From: a cyanobacterium endosymbiont of Rhopalodia gibba
Lineage (GTDB): Bacteria; Cyanobacteriota; Cyanobacteriia; Cyanobacteriales; Microcystaceae
Assembly: GCA_045159875.1 (NCBI GenBank)
Contig: CP067995.1
Span: 384,001-448,000 of the forward strand
Length of the DNA: 64,000 bases
Reading direction: 5' to 3'
In this document: positions 32,940 through 44,922 of the stretch, in pieces
Layout of the letters: each line of letters opens with the position of its first letter
Position numbering within the stretch: the first letter of the stretch is position 1
The notes under the pieces: model-generated
The model's input: the letters and a program-made list of their open reading frames with translations, nothing else
Told to the model about the DNA's origin: nothing
Database searches by the model: none
Program-made: the position numbers and the translations under genes

Positions 32940-35231
32940 ATGACTCGTTTTCAAGACTCTATCTTACGCCGAACTATATCCATTAGAGTGTTCGAGGAAT
33001 TAGGTTCTCTCTGGCGACAACTTGCAGCAATGGAGGAAATCAAGGGAACATTAATTACACAGGAGATGATCCTAGCAGAAATTCCTAATCCTAACAGGAG
33101 TTTAGCAGAAGGACATTTTTCCTTATTAATATCTTCTGAATTAAGTCTTTTATTGCAGGGAACCTTTGATACCACTGCCTTATGTTATCAGGCAAGTATT
33201 ATTTGGGATCAACAGGTGATTGCAGACTTTATTAATGATCTCAAACAAAATCTTGCCCCCTCATTTATCTTATGCGAGCTTCTCACGCAATTTTCTTTGA
33301 GTCAACAGATTTCATCAAGTTTCCTAGAAAAGATTTTTATCACTCAATTATTTAATATTTTAGCCCCAGATTCTATCAATGATTCTCAAAAAATTTATAG
33401 AGGTTCTGGTTTTTATAAACTAGAGGATACTCTGCGGCAGAAAATTGCCCAGGAACGATTACTAAAGCAAATTATTACCAAAATTCGCCAAAATTTAGAT
33501 TTATCAAGTATTCTAGAAACGGCAGTTAGAGAACTCAGAAGTTTTCTTCAAGTTGATCGGTCAGTTATTTATGAATTTGGTTATGACAAATCCGAGTATT
33601 CATCAGATATTAAGTCTAATCAAAATTTGGGATGTGTTACCTACGAATCTAAGCTTTTTACTAAAATTCCCTCTCTTTTAAATGTTACTGCTGAAGATAA
33701 TCATTTTTACTATATTATTAGTTATCGGGAAGAATCTAGTCGAGGTTCGATTATAGCTATAGAAGACGTAGAGCAAACTTGCTCCTCATCATTTTGTTTT
33801 ACACAATTTTTTGAAAAATATTGGATAAAGTCTGAATTAATTGCCCCTATTATTGTTGAAGAGACACTTTGGGGACTACTAATCGCTCATCAATGTTTTG
33901 AAAAAAGACAGTGGTTTGATAGTGAAAAAAACTTTTTAGGACAAATTGGAGAATATTTGGCAATCGCTATTTATCAAGCTCAATTGTATGCCCAAGTTCA
34001 AGAACAAAAGAAAACCTTTGAACAGCGAGTTATTGAAAGAACAAAAGAACTTCGAGATGCTTTGTTATCATCCCAGGCAGCGAACCATTCTAAAAGTGAA
34101 TTTTTAGGGAATATGAGCCATGAATTACGGACTCCCTTAACCTGTATCATTGGATTGTCAGGAACATTGTTATATTGGTCAGGAGAAAATAAATCGTTCC
34201 CTTTACACAAGCAAAGACAATATCTTCAGACTATTCAAGATAGTGGAAAACATTTGTTAGAAATAATTAATGAAATACTAGAATTTTCTAAGCTAGAAGC
34301 TGGTAAATATGTTTTATCTATTCAAGAATCTAATTTAGAAAATATAGCTAAAACTGCCTATCAAAAATTCAAAAAAGAAGCTAACCAAAGAAATATTAAA
34401 TTAGTATTAGAATTCAAAGTAGAAAGTCAAGAAGAAAATCAGTTTTTTGCCGATCCTGAAAGACTACAACAAATTCTCTGTCATTTATTGAATAATGCCT
34501 TAAAATTCACATCGGAAGGAGGAACGGTTATCTTAAGGATTTGGCGGGCAGGAAATCAAGGGAGTTTTCAAGTAGAAGATACGGGAATTGGAATTGCTAA
34601 AAACAAAATTCCTCTCCTATTCGAATCATTTCAACAGTTGGAAACTTCTCGGCAACGTACTTATGGAGGAACCGGACTAGGGTTAGCTTTAACTAAACAA
34701 TTAGTTGAACTTCATGGAGGAACAATTGAGGTGGAATCTGTTTTAAAAAAAGGATCAATCTTTACGGTTAGATTACCTAATCAACCCCAACGCCAACTCA
34801 AATCATCAGGAAATTTAAAGCGTGATCTATTACTTTTTAAAAGTAATAGAAGTATTGTTTTGATTGAAAGTAATGAAGAAATTGCCACATTGGTAGGAGA
34901 ACTATTAACGGCAGCTAATTATCAATTTATCTGGTTGATAGATAGTGCTACTGCAGTTAAGACTATTGAACTTTTGGAGCCAACTGCTGTTATTCTAGAT
35001 CAAGATTTGACCGATGCTTATCAAATTAGCGACACCCTTAAACAGTTACACAATACTAAATCAATTAAAGTTCTGTTACTGAGTCATCAAATATCCTCAA
35101 CAGATTGGACAGATATTTCTCAAAGGGGAATCGATGATTATCTATTAAAACCTATTCAACCTAATCTTTTGTTGAAAAGAATTAATGCTTTAATGTCTAC
35201 TGAAAATAATGAGGAAAATAAGTTCATGTAA
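32940..35231 (+). CDS. cikA: Circadian input kinase CikA (GAF-HisKA-HATPase-pseudoreceiver)
   Basis: GAF domain, MSHELRTPLTCIIGLSGTLL, G-boxes, C-terminal pseudo-receiver. Confidence 0.85.
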   Translation: MTRFQDSILRRTISIRVFEELGSLWRQLAAMEEIKGTLITQEMILAEIPNPNRSLAEGHFSLLISSELSLLLQGTFDTTALCYQASIIWDQQVIADFINDLKQNLAPSFILCELLTQFSLSQQISSSFLEKIFITQLFNILAPDSINDSQKIYRGSGFYKLEDTLRQKIAQERLLKQIITKIRQNLDLSSILETAVRELRSFLQVDRSVIYEFGYDKSEYSSDIKSNQNLGCVTYESKLFTKIPSLLNVTAEDNHFYYIISYREESSRGSIIAIEDVEQTCSSSFCFTQFFEKYWIKSELIAPIIVEETLWGLLIAHQCFEKRQWFDSEKNFLGQIGEYLAIAIYQAQLYAQVQEQKKTFEQRVIERTKELRDALLSSQAANHSKSEFLGNMSHELRTPLTCIIGLSGTLLYWSGENKSFPLHKQRQYLQTIQDSGKHLLEIINEILEFSKLEAGKYVLSIQESNLENIAKTAYQKFKKEANQRNIKLVLEFKVESQEENQFFADPERLQQILCHLLNNALKFTSEGGTVILRIWRAGNQGSFQVEDTGIGIAKNKIPLLFESFQQLETSRQRTYGGTGLGLALTKQLVELHGGTIEVESVLKKGSIFTVRLPNQPQRQLKSSGNLKRDLLLFKSNRSIVLIESNEEIATLVGELLTAANYQFIWLIDSATAVKTIELLEPTAVILDQDLTDAYQISDTLKQLHNTKSIKVLLLSHQISSTDWTDISQRGIDDYLLKPIQPNLLLKRINALMSTENNEENKFM

Positions 35232-35622
35232 GTTGTTATTTTTATTTAAAATTCCTTAAAATTATTTAGTTACTATTATCTTTCATCAAAGCAATAGATA
35301 AACAATCTAGCTTCTTCTTACTCTTATTCTAAATTATTGCCATACTCCTATAAATGTACTCTGTATAATAACTGTCAACTTAAATCTAATAAAAATTTAA
35401 ATTTCTCTAAAGTTAATTTAATTAACCAGTAATTTTGTTGATAAATTTGACATTAGTAATTATCGGTAGTTTACTGGGTTTGAGTTGTAATTTAGTTTTT
35501 AAAATCTTAAGTAAGACAAACATATAAAATAACTTAAGTTTTTTAAGTTAAACCAAAAAAGTCATACTTCTAACTAAAAGAAGTCTAAGGCAATTAAATT
35601 AATATAAACTAGAAAACAAACC

Positions 35623-36294
35623 ATGAAAATACCGCAGTCTAGTCTTCTTGTCTCCTGTCAGTCTCCTATAAATTCTCCCTTACACGACCCAGAAATTATA
35701 GCAGCCATAGCTAAGGCTTCTATTAATCAGGGAGCAAAAGGCATTAGAGTTGATACTCCATCCCATGTTAAAGCTGTTCGAAAATTATTGCCTAATATCC
35801 CAATTATTGGTTTGTGGAAACGTTACTATCAAGGGTATGATGTTTACATTACTCCTTGTTTTTCCGATGCGCTAGAAATTGCTGACGCAGGGGCTGATAT
35901 TATTGCTATTGATGCAACCCTCCGAAACCGTCCTCAAGGGGAAACCATGGTGAATTTAATTAAGCAAATTCATCAAGAATTAGGGACATTAGTCATGGCT
36001 GATGTAGATACTATTAAAAATGCGCTCGCTTCGAGTCAAGCAGGGGCAGACTATGTAGGAACCACACTTTACGGATATACTAAAGAAACAGAAAGTTTGT
36101 CTCCTCCTGGGTATTCTTTATTGCAAGAAATGGTTGAACAATTAGATATTCCTATTATTTGCGAAGGGGGAGTTAGCAACCCTCAGGATGCAAAAAAAGC
36201 TTTAGAATATGGAGCCCATAGTGTTGTTGTAGGGACAGCTATTACAGGAATTGATTTAAAAGTCAAAGCATTTAATTCTGTTTTTATTAATTAA
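35623..36294 (+). CDS. nanE: N-acetylmannosamine-6-phosphate 2-epimerase
   Basis: LLVSCQ, PIIGLWKR, VYITP, GTTLYGYT, VVVGTAIT. Confidence 0.92.
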   Translation: MKIPQSSLLVSCQSPINSPLHDPEIIAAIAKASINQGAKGIRVDTPSHVKAVRKLLPNIPIIGLWKRYYQGYDVYITPCFSDALEIADAGADIIAIDATLRNRPQGETMVNLIKQIHQELGTLVMADVDTIKNALASSQAGADYVGTTLYGYTKETESLSPPGYSLLQEMVEQLDIPIICEGGVSNPQDAKKALEYGAHSVVVGTAITGIDLKVKAFNSVFIN

Positions 36295-36326
36295 TAAAAC
36301 ATCAATTTTTTAAATTATTTTAAATT

Positions 36327-36893
36327 ATGTATTCCGATAATCAATCAGCTATTTATCGAAGGTTTTCTAAAGTTCCTATTGATCGTAGGGCTTATGCTTT
36401 TGTCCTGGATTTTGTGACTATTTGGTTGATTGGTTCATTTTTTAGAGGGATTTTACAAGGACTTATTTTTATTATTTGTTGGCTAACATTACGGGTTATT
36501 TTAGTAGAAAAAAATCAGGGGCAAAGTTTAGGAAGTTGGGCGTTTAACATGAAAGTGATTAATGTCGAATTCAGTAAAATTCCAGGATTAATTGAATTAG
36601 CTAAACGAGAAGGTATTTTAGGACTTGTATCTTTATTAGCAATGATCGGATTGAGGATGGGCTTCCGTAATGGTTTATCAATGTTGTTATTAACAATGCC
36701 CTTATTAGTCGACTGTGGAATAGTCCTTGGAGATCAGGAGTTAAATCAAGCATTTCATGATCGTATCGCTGGTACTATTATGGTACAAACTAATCGAGGA
36801 TTTTCTCTGGATTTACGGTTAAAAAGACTCCAGTTTATCATCAAAGGTAAAATCAAAAGTTCTCGAGATAGAGATAAGTATAGAGATGATTGA
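36327..36893 (+). CDS. RDD-family membrane protein
   Basis: RRAYAFVLDF, GQSLG, QAFHDRIAGT. Confidence 0.88.
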   Translation: MYSDNQSAIYRRFSKVPIDRRAYAFVLDFVTIWLIGSFFRGILQGLIFIICWLTLRVILVEKNQGQSLGSWAFNMKVINVEFSKIPGLIELAKREGILGLVSLLAMIGLRMGFRNGLSMLLLTMPLLVDCGIVLGDQELNQAFHDRIAGTIMVQTNRGFSLDLRLKRLQFIIKGKIKSSRDRDKYRDD

Positions 36894-36934
36894 AAACAGA
36901 AAATACAGCAGTAGACAAATATATTCAAAAACAA

Positions 36935-36952
36935 AGTCCGCTTTTGCGGACT
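36935..36952. terminator. Hairpin between the convergent RDD and jag genes
   Basis: AGTCCGC-tttt-GCGGACT. Confidence 0.6.
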
Positions 36953-36986
36953 GATGAATCTAAAAAATCATTAACTAATAAACGGC

Positions 36987-37475
36987 TTATCGAAGTTTGA
37001 CCACTAATCGCCTATTAGGTTCTTGTCCACGACTTTCTGTCTCCATATCTTCCACATCCTTCAACAAAGTGTGGATTTGACGGCGTTCTGCTGATGAGAG
37101 GGGGGACATTTCTACCTCCTGTCCCGTCTGTCGCACCTGTTGAACCACCTCAAGCGTCCAGGTGAAAATTTCTTCCTGACGCTTGAGACGATAGCCATTG
37201 AGCTCAACCGTATATCTCCGTTGTTCTCTGGATTCTACATTCAAATTAATGAGAGTATTAGCTAGATATTGAATCGCATCTATCCCTGCTCCCTGTTCCT
37301 TTAAGAGGATATTAGTCTGTTGGGGAGTTAGCTGAGTTTGATCAATCGTCAGCCAGGATTCGGAGGACTCATCAGAGTGACTCTTCTTGTCTTGAACCTT
37401 AACTTGTGCTGTTAACCCCATTAAAGTTAATAGGGTTTCGAGCCAAGCTTTACCTGAGTGGACTTCTCTCTCCAT
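36987..37475 (-). CDS. jag: Jag/KhpB R3H RNA-binding protein
   Basis: IDAIQYLAN, LSSAERRQIH, SRGQEPNRRLVV; follows yidC; start set at MEREV. Confidence 0.88.
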   Translation of the reverse strand: MEREVHSGKAWLETLLTLMGLTAQVKVQDKKSHSDESSESWLTIDQTQLTPQQTNILLKEQGAGIDAIQYLANTLINLNVESREQRRYTVELNGYRLKRQEEIFTWTLEVVQQVRQTGQEVEMSPLSSAERRQIHTLLKDVEDMETESRGQEPNRRLVVKLR

Positions 37476-37509
37476 CTTGACAACTTGTAACCTATTGTTA
37501 ACTAGCAAA

Positions 37510-38661
37510 TTAAGACGTTTTCTTTTTAGATCTTTTTTTCTCGAAGGGAAGAGCTTCTTGGATTGTTTCAACCTTTTCGATTTTCTCAGCCTTTTCTTGC
37601 TGTGCAACCAATTTTTGTAGGTTCTCTGGTAGAGGTTCCCTCATCAAAATGACCGTCTGTAGGGTCTGGAAAACATTGGCCACAACAATATACATCAACA
37701 CCCCTGCTGGCAAAGGAAAGAAGAGAAACATCCCACTAAAAATCACGGGAGTAATTTTATTTACTGCCTGTTGCTGTTGCGCTCCTCCGCCTGAAGAACC
37801 GGATAATTCTTGATTTAGATAAATACTAATACCAAAGAACAAAACCATGGCCAGGATGTCCAAGTTGATAGTTCCATCATCCCCCATAACACCAACTCGT
37901 CCTAAGGCTTCAATAAATAAGAAACCTGTCTTGGCAGCAATCCCTGGAATAGTGGCTTCGATAGTTACTTCCCCAGGGGCTAAGGCCTCTATTGTTCCAT
38001 CTTCGTTTATTTTAACTCGTTCTGAGCCTTTTATGACTTCAAAGGTGGGCTTAATATCACTTTCAGGGGTTTCAGCGACCAATTTCATAAGGGACTGACC
38101 TTCAGTCGTTTGAAATTGAACTCTAGTCTTTTCCCCAACTGCTAATTTAGTCCCTCCAGGGAGTAAAGCCGTGATGGGGTAATGAAGACCATCGCTAATA
38201 TAGATGTTACTAGGTTTTGTCGTAAAAGGTTGAGGGACAACACGCTCAATTTGTTCGCTAGGGAGAATTTGAAGATCAACTGTATAGTTAATGTCAGCAA
38301 AGGGCGACCCCCGTAAGGTAGCAAATAGAGCAAAGAGAATGGGCATTTGTAGCAACAAGGGTAAACAACCCGCCAAAGGATTGCCAAACTCCTGCATCAC
38401 CTTTCCCATTTCTTCTTGTTGTTTCGCAGGATCGTCTTTGTAGCGTCGCTGAATTTCTTCTTGTCGCTCTTTCATTAGAGGCTGAGTAATCTTCATTTTT
38501 CGCATATTGCGAATTTGCCCTGCACTCAAGGGGTAAAGTCCAAAGCGAATTACTAGGGTTAAGGCAATAATCGCAAAACCGTAGCTAGGCACAATCCTGT
38601 AGAAGAAATCCAGGATTGGCAGCATAATGTTTGTGGAAATAAATCCGACACCAAAGTCCAT
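37510..38661 (-). CDS. yidC: Membrane protein insertase YidC
   Basis: [36 protein letters not shown]. Confidence 0.96.
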   Translation of the reverse strand: MDFGVGFISTNIMLPILDFFYRIVPSYGFAIIALTLVIRFGLYPLSAGQIRNMRKMKITQPLMKERQEEIQRRYKDDPAKQQEEMGKVMQEFGNPLAGCLPLLLQMPILFALFATLRGSPFADINYTVDLQILPSEQIERVVPQPFTTKPSNIYISDGLHYPITALLPGGTKLAVGEKTRVQFQTTEGQSLMKLVAETPESDIKPTFEVIKGSERVKINEDGTIEALAPGEVTIEATIPGIAAKTGFLFIEALGRVGVMGDDGTINLDILAMVLFFGISIYLNQELSGSSGGGAQQQQAVNKITPVIFSGMFLFFPLPAGVLMYIVVANVFQTLQTVILMREPLPENLQKLVAQQEKAEKIEKVETIQEALPFEKKRSKKKTS

Positions 38662-38771
38662 TCGTCTTAATCCAAGCGGTCTCGCTGTAGAGTTATCTGT
38701 AGTTTACTTTACCGAATATTGGTAATAAAAGAAGAGGTTAAGGAGCCTCTAACCTGGTCTAATTTTAAAAT

Positions 38772-39163
38772 CTATCTGCTGATAATTGCTCCAACAGGGT
38801 TTCCTGTCTTAGTCACAACTTTTTCAGCCATATAGTCATAAGCCTTACGGAAGTTAGGAACTGCTTTCAACTCCAGACGATTTTTACCTCGGAAACAATA
38901 TCGTCCCATAGTTCGATTGTTTCTCGTGGTATTTTAACCATTTTGACAATTTCGTCATAGACAATGTCGGTATGAACGTATCTCATCCAACCATCTGTGA
39001 CATAAATCTGATGATTTGTAATGCAGTAACGCAACCAAATTGCTCTGAGTACAGCCCTCTCCGTAAGAGGTAAGCAAATAACTGCAAATCTCAGGAAAAC
39101 ACTAATAATTAAGTCCCCAATATGAGGACATCCCTTATAAAGGGTATTCTTTCGTATGTTCAT
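38772..39163 (-). pseudogene. Frameshifted bacterial PH-domain protein of the rpmH-rnpA-PH-yidC operon
   Basis: PHIGDLII..ICLPLT..LRY.IT; the conserved tail RLELKAVPNFRKAYDYMAEK lies in another frame ending at 38772; several conserved Gly replaced. Confidence 0.82.
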
Positions 39164-39518
39164 AGACAATATTAGATTTGATGAACAACTGCTTTAATTC
39201 TCGCAGAAAATACTCATAATTGCACTCACTTTGATTATGCCGCACTGTAATTACTACTTCTAATCCGGGAGAAATTATGGGAAGCAAGGAGCGAATTACT
39301 GTTTTTATCTGTCGCTTAAGACGGTTGCGAACTACCGCTTTTTTACTAATTTTTTGGCTAATAGAAATACCAAACTGAGTTGGGAGCGGGATCATAGTTT
39401 GATGTTTTCTTGATAGTACTCGCATCAAAAAATGAGAACCTTTATAAAGTTGGCCCCGTTTATAAACAGCTTGGAAGTCTTTGGGTCTCTTTAGCCGATG
39501 GACTTTAGGCAATCCCAC
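39135..39518 (-). CDS. rnpA: Ribonuclease P protein component
   Basis: RLK...DFQAVY, FGISISQKISKKAVVRNRLKR. Confidence 0.95.
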   Translation of the reverse strand: MGLPKVHRLKRPKDFQAVYKRGQLYKGSHFLMRVLSRKHQTMIPLPTQFGISISQKISKKAVVRNRLKRQIKTVIRSLLPIISPGLEVVITVRHNQSECNYEYFLRELKQLFIKSNIVYEHTKEYPL

Positions 39519-39603
39519 TATATTACCTGGTTAGAATTGGGTTAGAAATGACTTACACGATAACCCATGTTGAACACTTTGTTTGTAATAAGGCTGACAA
39601 GGA

Positions 39604-39741
39604 TTAAACAGATAACCGGTATCGTCCTTTTTTTCTTCTAGCTTGAATCACATTACGACCGTTTTGAGTTCGCATTCGCACGCGAAAGCCTGATTTTCTC
39701 TTTTGCTTTCGATTGGTTCCTCCTAGGGTACGCTGAGTCAC
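39604..39741 (-). CDS. rpmH: 50S ribosomal protein L34 (missed by ORF track)
   Basis: GTG start, [45 protein letters not shown]. Confidence 0.96.
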   Translation of the reverse strand: MTQRTLGGTNRKQKRKSGFRVRMRTQNGRNVIQARRKKGRYRLSV

Positions 39742-40123
39742 AAATTTATTCCTCCGACAACGCTACCGTTTACTTGACGCCTTGAAAGACAAGGCCTCCT
39801 ATTGTACTCTTAAAAGCTAGACAAGTAAAGGACTGAGAAGTAATTTTTTAGACTAAAATTAGCTTAATTGTTTAACATAAGTGAGGTGAAATGACAATCT
39901 TATCCCTCACCCTAAAATTTATCTATTCTCCTACTAAACTTATAGAGTAATTAACCCTTTTTAGAAAAAATTTATTTTTGCAATAAATCGTCATGCCCTT
40001 AATTTATGTAGACTAGTTGTGGTAAGAGCAAAATTATGATTATACACTGGAGAATCTGACAATTGACTACAATAATTTTGAGGATTAAATATCAACTATG
40101 CTAATAGTTAATCTTAATTAAAT

Positions 40124-40810
40124 CTATCCATCTACGACAGAAGGACATAAATGGGCCAATTCACAATCAAGACAATTTGGTTTTCTAGCATGACAAGTTG
40201 CCCGACCATGGTAAATCATGCGAATTGAAAAATTTTCCCAATCAGGTTGAGGCAATAGTTTGATTAAATCTCTTTCAATTTTTACAGGATTAGTCTCTTT
40301 TGTTAATTTTAAACGTCTACTTAAACGTTTAACGTGGGTGTCTACTGTAACTCCTTGATTAAGTCCAAATCCGTGTGATAAAACTACGTTTGCAGTTTTG
40401 CGAGCAACTCCTGGTAGACTCAGCAACTTTTCTATTTCTTGAGGAACTTTCCCGTCAAATTCTTTAACGATTTTCTGACAAGAACACTGAATATTTTTAG
40501 CTTTATTTCGATAAAATCCTGTCGGACGTATCAATGTTTCTAATTCTTCTCGATTTGCCTGAGCTAAGGATGATGCATCAGGAAACTTCAAAAATAAATC
40601 TGGGGTAACTTTATTGACTCTTTTATCAGTACATTGTGCCGATAAAATCGTAGCAACTAAAAGCTGCACAGGAGAGCCATAAACCAAGCTACAAGTCGCA
40701 TTAGGATACAGCTGTTTCAGAAGATTTAATATCATTAATGCTCGCTGTTTTTTGTTTTTCCCCTTGTGCTCAATGCTCATATTTTTATCTAAAAAATTAC
40801 ATACAATCAA
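40124..40810 (-). CDS. nth: Endonuclease III
   Basis: LLVATILSAQCTD, HhH LPGVARKTANV, VDTHV, Fe-S motif CHARKPNCLDCELAHLC; true start may be 40780. Confidence 0.95.
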   Translation of the reverse strand: MIVCNFLDKNMSIEHKGKNKKQRALMILNLLKQLYPNATCSLVYGSPVQLLVATILSAQCTDKRVNKVTPDLFLKFPDASSLAQANREELETLIRPTGFYRNKAKNIQCSCQKIVKEFDGKVPQEIEKLLSLPGVARKTANVVLSHGFGLNQGVTVDTHVKRLSRRLKLTKETNPVKIERDLIKLLPQPDWENFSIRMIYHGRATCHARKPNCLDCELAHLCPSVVDG

Positions 40811-40827
40811 ACTCGTTGAAATAACTC

Positions 40828-41886
40828 TTAGAAAAAGGCTAAGTTAACAGTATCGCGAACAACAAGGAATAGTCCTAAACTAAGCAGTAACACTAACCCT
40901 GTTTGCATGATGCCTTCTTGCAATCTATTAGGTAAGGGTTTTCCTCGTAGTCCTTCTAGCATTAAAAAGATTAATTGACCGCCATCAAGAGCAGGTAAAG
41001 GTAAAATGTTGATAACAGCTAAGTTAATACTAATTAGCGCGCCAAATTGGAATAGATTTCCCGCATTATTTTGGGCAATATTAGCACCATACTCGACAAT
41101 TTTAACTGGACCGGCTACCTGTTTAGCATTTTCTTGGAAATTACTCACAAGTTGCCAAAATCCTTTAGCAGTTAGAGTCACTAAATTTTGAAAAGCATCT
41201 GCACTGTAAGTAAACGCATCAAGAAGTCCTTGAGACTTTTTCAAGTGTATATTAGGAACTAGTCCTACCCCAATTTTTCCTTGACCTTGGTCATTAGACT
41301 TTGGGGTAACGGTAACAGATAAAGTTTCGGCATCCCGTTCAATTGTAAAATGAAGAGGTTGATTAGGAGAGTTTTGGATTTTCTCGATAAAGAAGTCAGT
41401 CGCTTCGGGGAATTCATCTAAGGGAATATTGTTAACCTTAAGGATAATGTCTCCCGATTTCATTCCTGCTTCCATTGCTGCGGATGCGGGTTCAATAGTA
41501 GGAACAACTAGTCCAGATTGAATATCTTGGATACCAACAGTAGCAACTTGCGCCACCAGAAGAAAATAAGCCAAAATAAGATTGGCAATTACCCCTGCAC
41601 TGATGACAATGGCCCGATCAAATAGGGGACGGTTACGAAGTAAATTGGGGTCATCTAGGGGAATTTCACCATCGAGATCATCATCGGGAAATCCTACATA
41701 TCCCCCCAACGGAAAAGCACGGATAGCGTACTCAGTTTCAGTTCCCCTATACTTTACAAGACTTGGACCAAAACCGATAGAAAAGCGGTTAACTCTGATT
41801 CCTTGGAATCTTGCGGCGGCAAAATGACCTAATTCGTGGACGACAATTAACAACGCTAAAACTGCGATCGCTGCCAATACTGACAT
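40828..41886 (-). CDS. rseP: RIP metalloprotease RseP
   Basis: HELGH, FSIGFG, PLGGYV, PDZ domain, NILPLPALDGG. Confidence 0.94.
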   Translation of the reverse strand: MSVLAAIAVLALLIVVHELGHFAAARFQGIRVNRFSIGFGPSLVKYRGTETEYAIRAFPLGGYVGFPDDDLDGEIPLDDPNLLRNRPLFDRAIVISAGVIANLILAYFLLVAQVATVGIQDIQSGLVVPTIEPASAAMEAGMKSGDIILKVNNIPLDEFPEATDFFIEKIQNSPNQPLHFTIERDAETLSVTVTPKSNDQGQGKIGVGLVPNIHLKKSQGLLDAFTYSADAFQNLVTLTAKGFWQLVSNFQENAKQVAGPVKIVEYGANIAQNNAGNLFQFGALISINLAVINILPLPALDGGQLIFLMLEGLRGKPLPNRLQEGIMQTGLVLLLSLGLFLVVRDTVNLAFF

Positions 41887-44163
41887 AGTTTCTAGACTAA
41901 ACGGATAATATTAACTTTTTTTATTGTAGTGTACTTAGTGTGGTAGAGAACACTCGAACAAAGGAAGTAACGAGAGTAGGGTAGGCAAAACATAATAAGA
42001 TGGGTTAATCAAAATAATGCCCATCTTACAAGACTAAGCTCAATAATAATTAAACCTCAATAGTGATTCGATGTAATAAAATAATCTATTTTTTTGCTTT
42101 ACCCTAAAAATTCCATAGTAGTAATCACAAAAAATTACATGTTTAAAACAAAGGAGGTCTTAAAGAATTATTAACTTTATCTTTTGCGCCAATAACCAAT
42201 AATAGAACTTTCTATGAAGTTTATCATGCAATTCTTTATTCTGTTCTCAGAATCTCCAATAAGTAGATATGAAAATATATTTTATATGTAGATTAATTGT
42301 CAAATATTCTATTTTAGATTAATCTAAATACAGTTGATTATGTATTCTTTATATACTTATTTGCATACGTTAATTTTTTTTTGTTTTTGGTAATTTTAGG
42401 TCAGCTATTTTTATAGATTTTTATGTTAATAAAAATAATTGTTTAAATTCCTAATAAACTATTAATGCAATTTAAATTGTTTTCCTTTTTACAGGAAATA
42501 TAAATGAATAAATTATTGTAAATATTAATTGCGATTGAAGTTATCACCAGATAAGTCGATTATAGAATCGAGAGGTTTGAATAGAAAACAGACAATACTG
42601 GATTCAAAATATAAATTTAACTCTTTCACACAATTCAAGGACATCAGTGGGATAAAAGCGATCTGAATTTATTCACTATAAGAATAGTTAAGTTTGTTTA
42701 AGTGTACTCTAATTAAAGTTGAACGATAGAAAAATTATTTGAAAATTGCTATTCTCAAATAATGGTCTGTTCAAGACACAGGATAACACAATTAGAATAT
42801 CGCTAAACATCAAACTTAACGCGCAATAAAAAAATATTATAAAACAATAACAAGAGCAGATATATGATGTTCAAATACAACCGAATAGAAAGTCAAATAA
42901 AAAGAGAGTAAAGTGAAATTAACTTTCAAAAGAGTACGTAAGATAAAAAATTCAAAAGAGAAAGTAATAAAAGTTAATACTGGAATTGATCCATCCCCTA
43001 AAAAAACTTATTTTCAGATCTTACATTATTCATAAAAGAATATGAGGTTAAGTTTAAAAAATATAAAAAATAAATTTTAGTTTGCGTATTTAATGACTGT
43101 TTAATATAAAAAAATAGGAGATAAAAATATTTTTTTATATTAAGAAATAATCATGTATCAACATATATAGAATGTTTATCTAATTTTTTAAAATTTTTTG
43201 TAACAAAATTATCTAAATATATTTCCATATATTTCTTCGAAAACATCTAATATTTTTTTAAAAAAAACTTGTTCTCAATTTTAGATTATATTCGATATTT
43301 ACAAATTTTTAATATTAAATTGATGGCTATTTAAAGTCGTTGAATATAGACAAATACTATTATATTAATAATCATTAAAGAGGCAAGTAAGCTGTCAACT
43401 CATAGTTAGAGAATAAAATCCTTCTTGTAAAGAAAGCTAAAATAAAGCTCGACAATAATAGAGAAATTAGTTAGTTTAGATTTAATCCTAATTTTTAACA
43501 TGGTTAAATAATATTTAGACTTTTTTGTTTGGTATTTAGTTTATCAATTCCTTGGCTTCTAATTCTTAATAAACAATCTTTCTATTTATAGACTATTTGA
43601 TCCTAAGCGTAACTCGATGATTTTTCCCACTGACATAGCTAATTCATATTTATCTTCTTTTGTTCTTGGCTATTCCTCCCTAATTCTATTCAATTCTGGA
43701 AAATAAGAATATAACTATCATCTTTGCAACTCTTTAAAGTTAATCTATATCTAAATATTTTTTTTATTTCTAATAAACTACATACATTAGTTAATTAGAG
43801 TTCTTATGACTAACTATGTTTGTAGTTATCACTTTTAAATCTAAAATATACATCAGTATAATACTGCTTATTTATGTCCAAGCTATAGCACGACACAAAA
43901 ATATTGGGTAAACTTTGAAAGTAGTCTCTACACATTCTCTAACGGCTTTAACTTCAGGTAGTATTTTTGGATTTAAGTTTTTACAACAAACCATTAATTC
44001 TTAATTGTGTTTAAATTTGGAGAGTTATGTAGAAAATATCGTATTTTACGTCGAGTTTATTATATTATTTCTCTAATAGGGTTTTTCTATAAAAATTAGT
44101 TTTATATCAAATAATGATATCTTCTGGTTCCCATTGGGGAGTTAAGTTTGGAGACAATTAAAC

Positions 44164-44257
44164 TTCAAATAAATCTTTATTACAACCTATTTTCAAATAA
44201 ATCTTTATTACAACCTATTAATAAATAAATCTTTATTACAACCTATTAATAAATAAA
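44164..44257. repeat. Tandem repeat, 28-bp unit, about 3.3 copies
   Basis: (TTC/AAT)AAATAAATCTTTATTACAACCTATT repeated head to tail with no spacers. Confidence 0.92.
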
Positions 44258-44922
44258 AAAATATTTTTTATTTATAAAATATCAATCTGAATAGTATTTT
44301 TATTTTATAACCTAGAATATTTGTCATATAAAACTATTACCATATAAATATTTTTTTATTAAAAAATAATACTTTATCTCTGATAGCTTTCTATTATTAG
44401 TAATTTTCTTTTAAATATTTATCATTCTAGTTTATGAAATTTCTTTTTAATCTTTTGTTACTTACTGTTTTAACCATAGATTTAAAGTATTAGGACTAAT
44501 CCCAAATAAATAACATATCCTGTTTTTTAGTATTCTATTTGTACGGCTTAAATAACTTTTTGGCGTAGATAATAACTATAAGGTATTGGCACGAAGTATA
44601 GCACTTATTTTAGTATTTTATTACTTCTTTTATGACTAGAAAAGTATCCTAATCTTTTTGCGTAGTGCTATACTTAGACTGGGTCTACTAAATTAGTAGC
44701 TAATAACTTGCAAAACTCTTATTCTGAACTTTGTTTATTACAATGTTGGCACAGCTAGGCTAAAAGCACCTAATCAATTGAGTTGAGCACTAACCTGTCT
44801 AACCTTCACTAAAATCGAGAGTTAATTTTTATAGCTTATTTTGGTAATAAATTTACTTGCAAAGTAGTACGTCATATTTGACGTTTTGTCTTAATTTCTG
44901 ATTACCGATTTCTCAATCACTT

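Noticed and set aside
42530..43030. Histidine kinase remnant (WSVQDTG, NTGID fragments)
   Set aside because: Fragments too short and decayed to support a family call
44164..44257. 28-bp repeats as a CRISPR array
   Set aside because: Units are contiguous with no unique spacers, and there are no cas genes nearby
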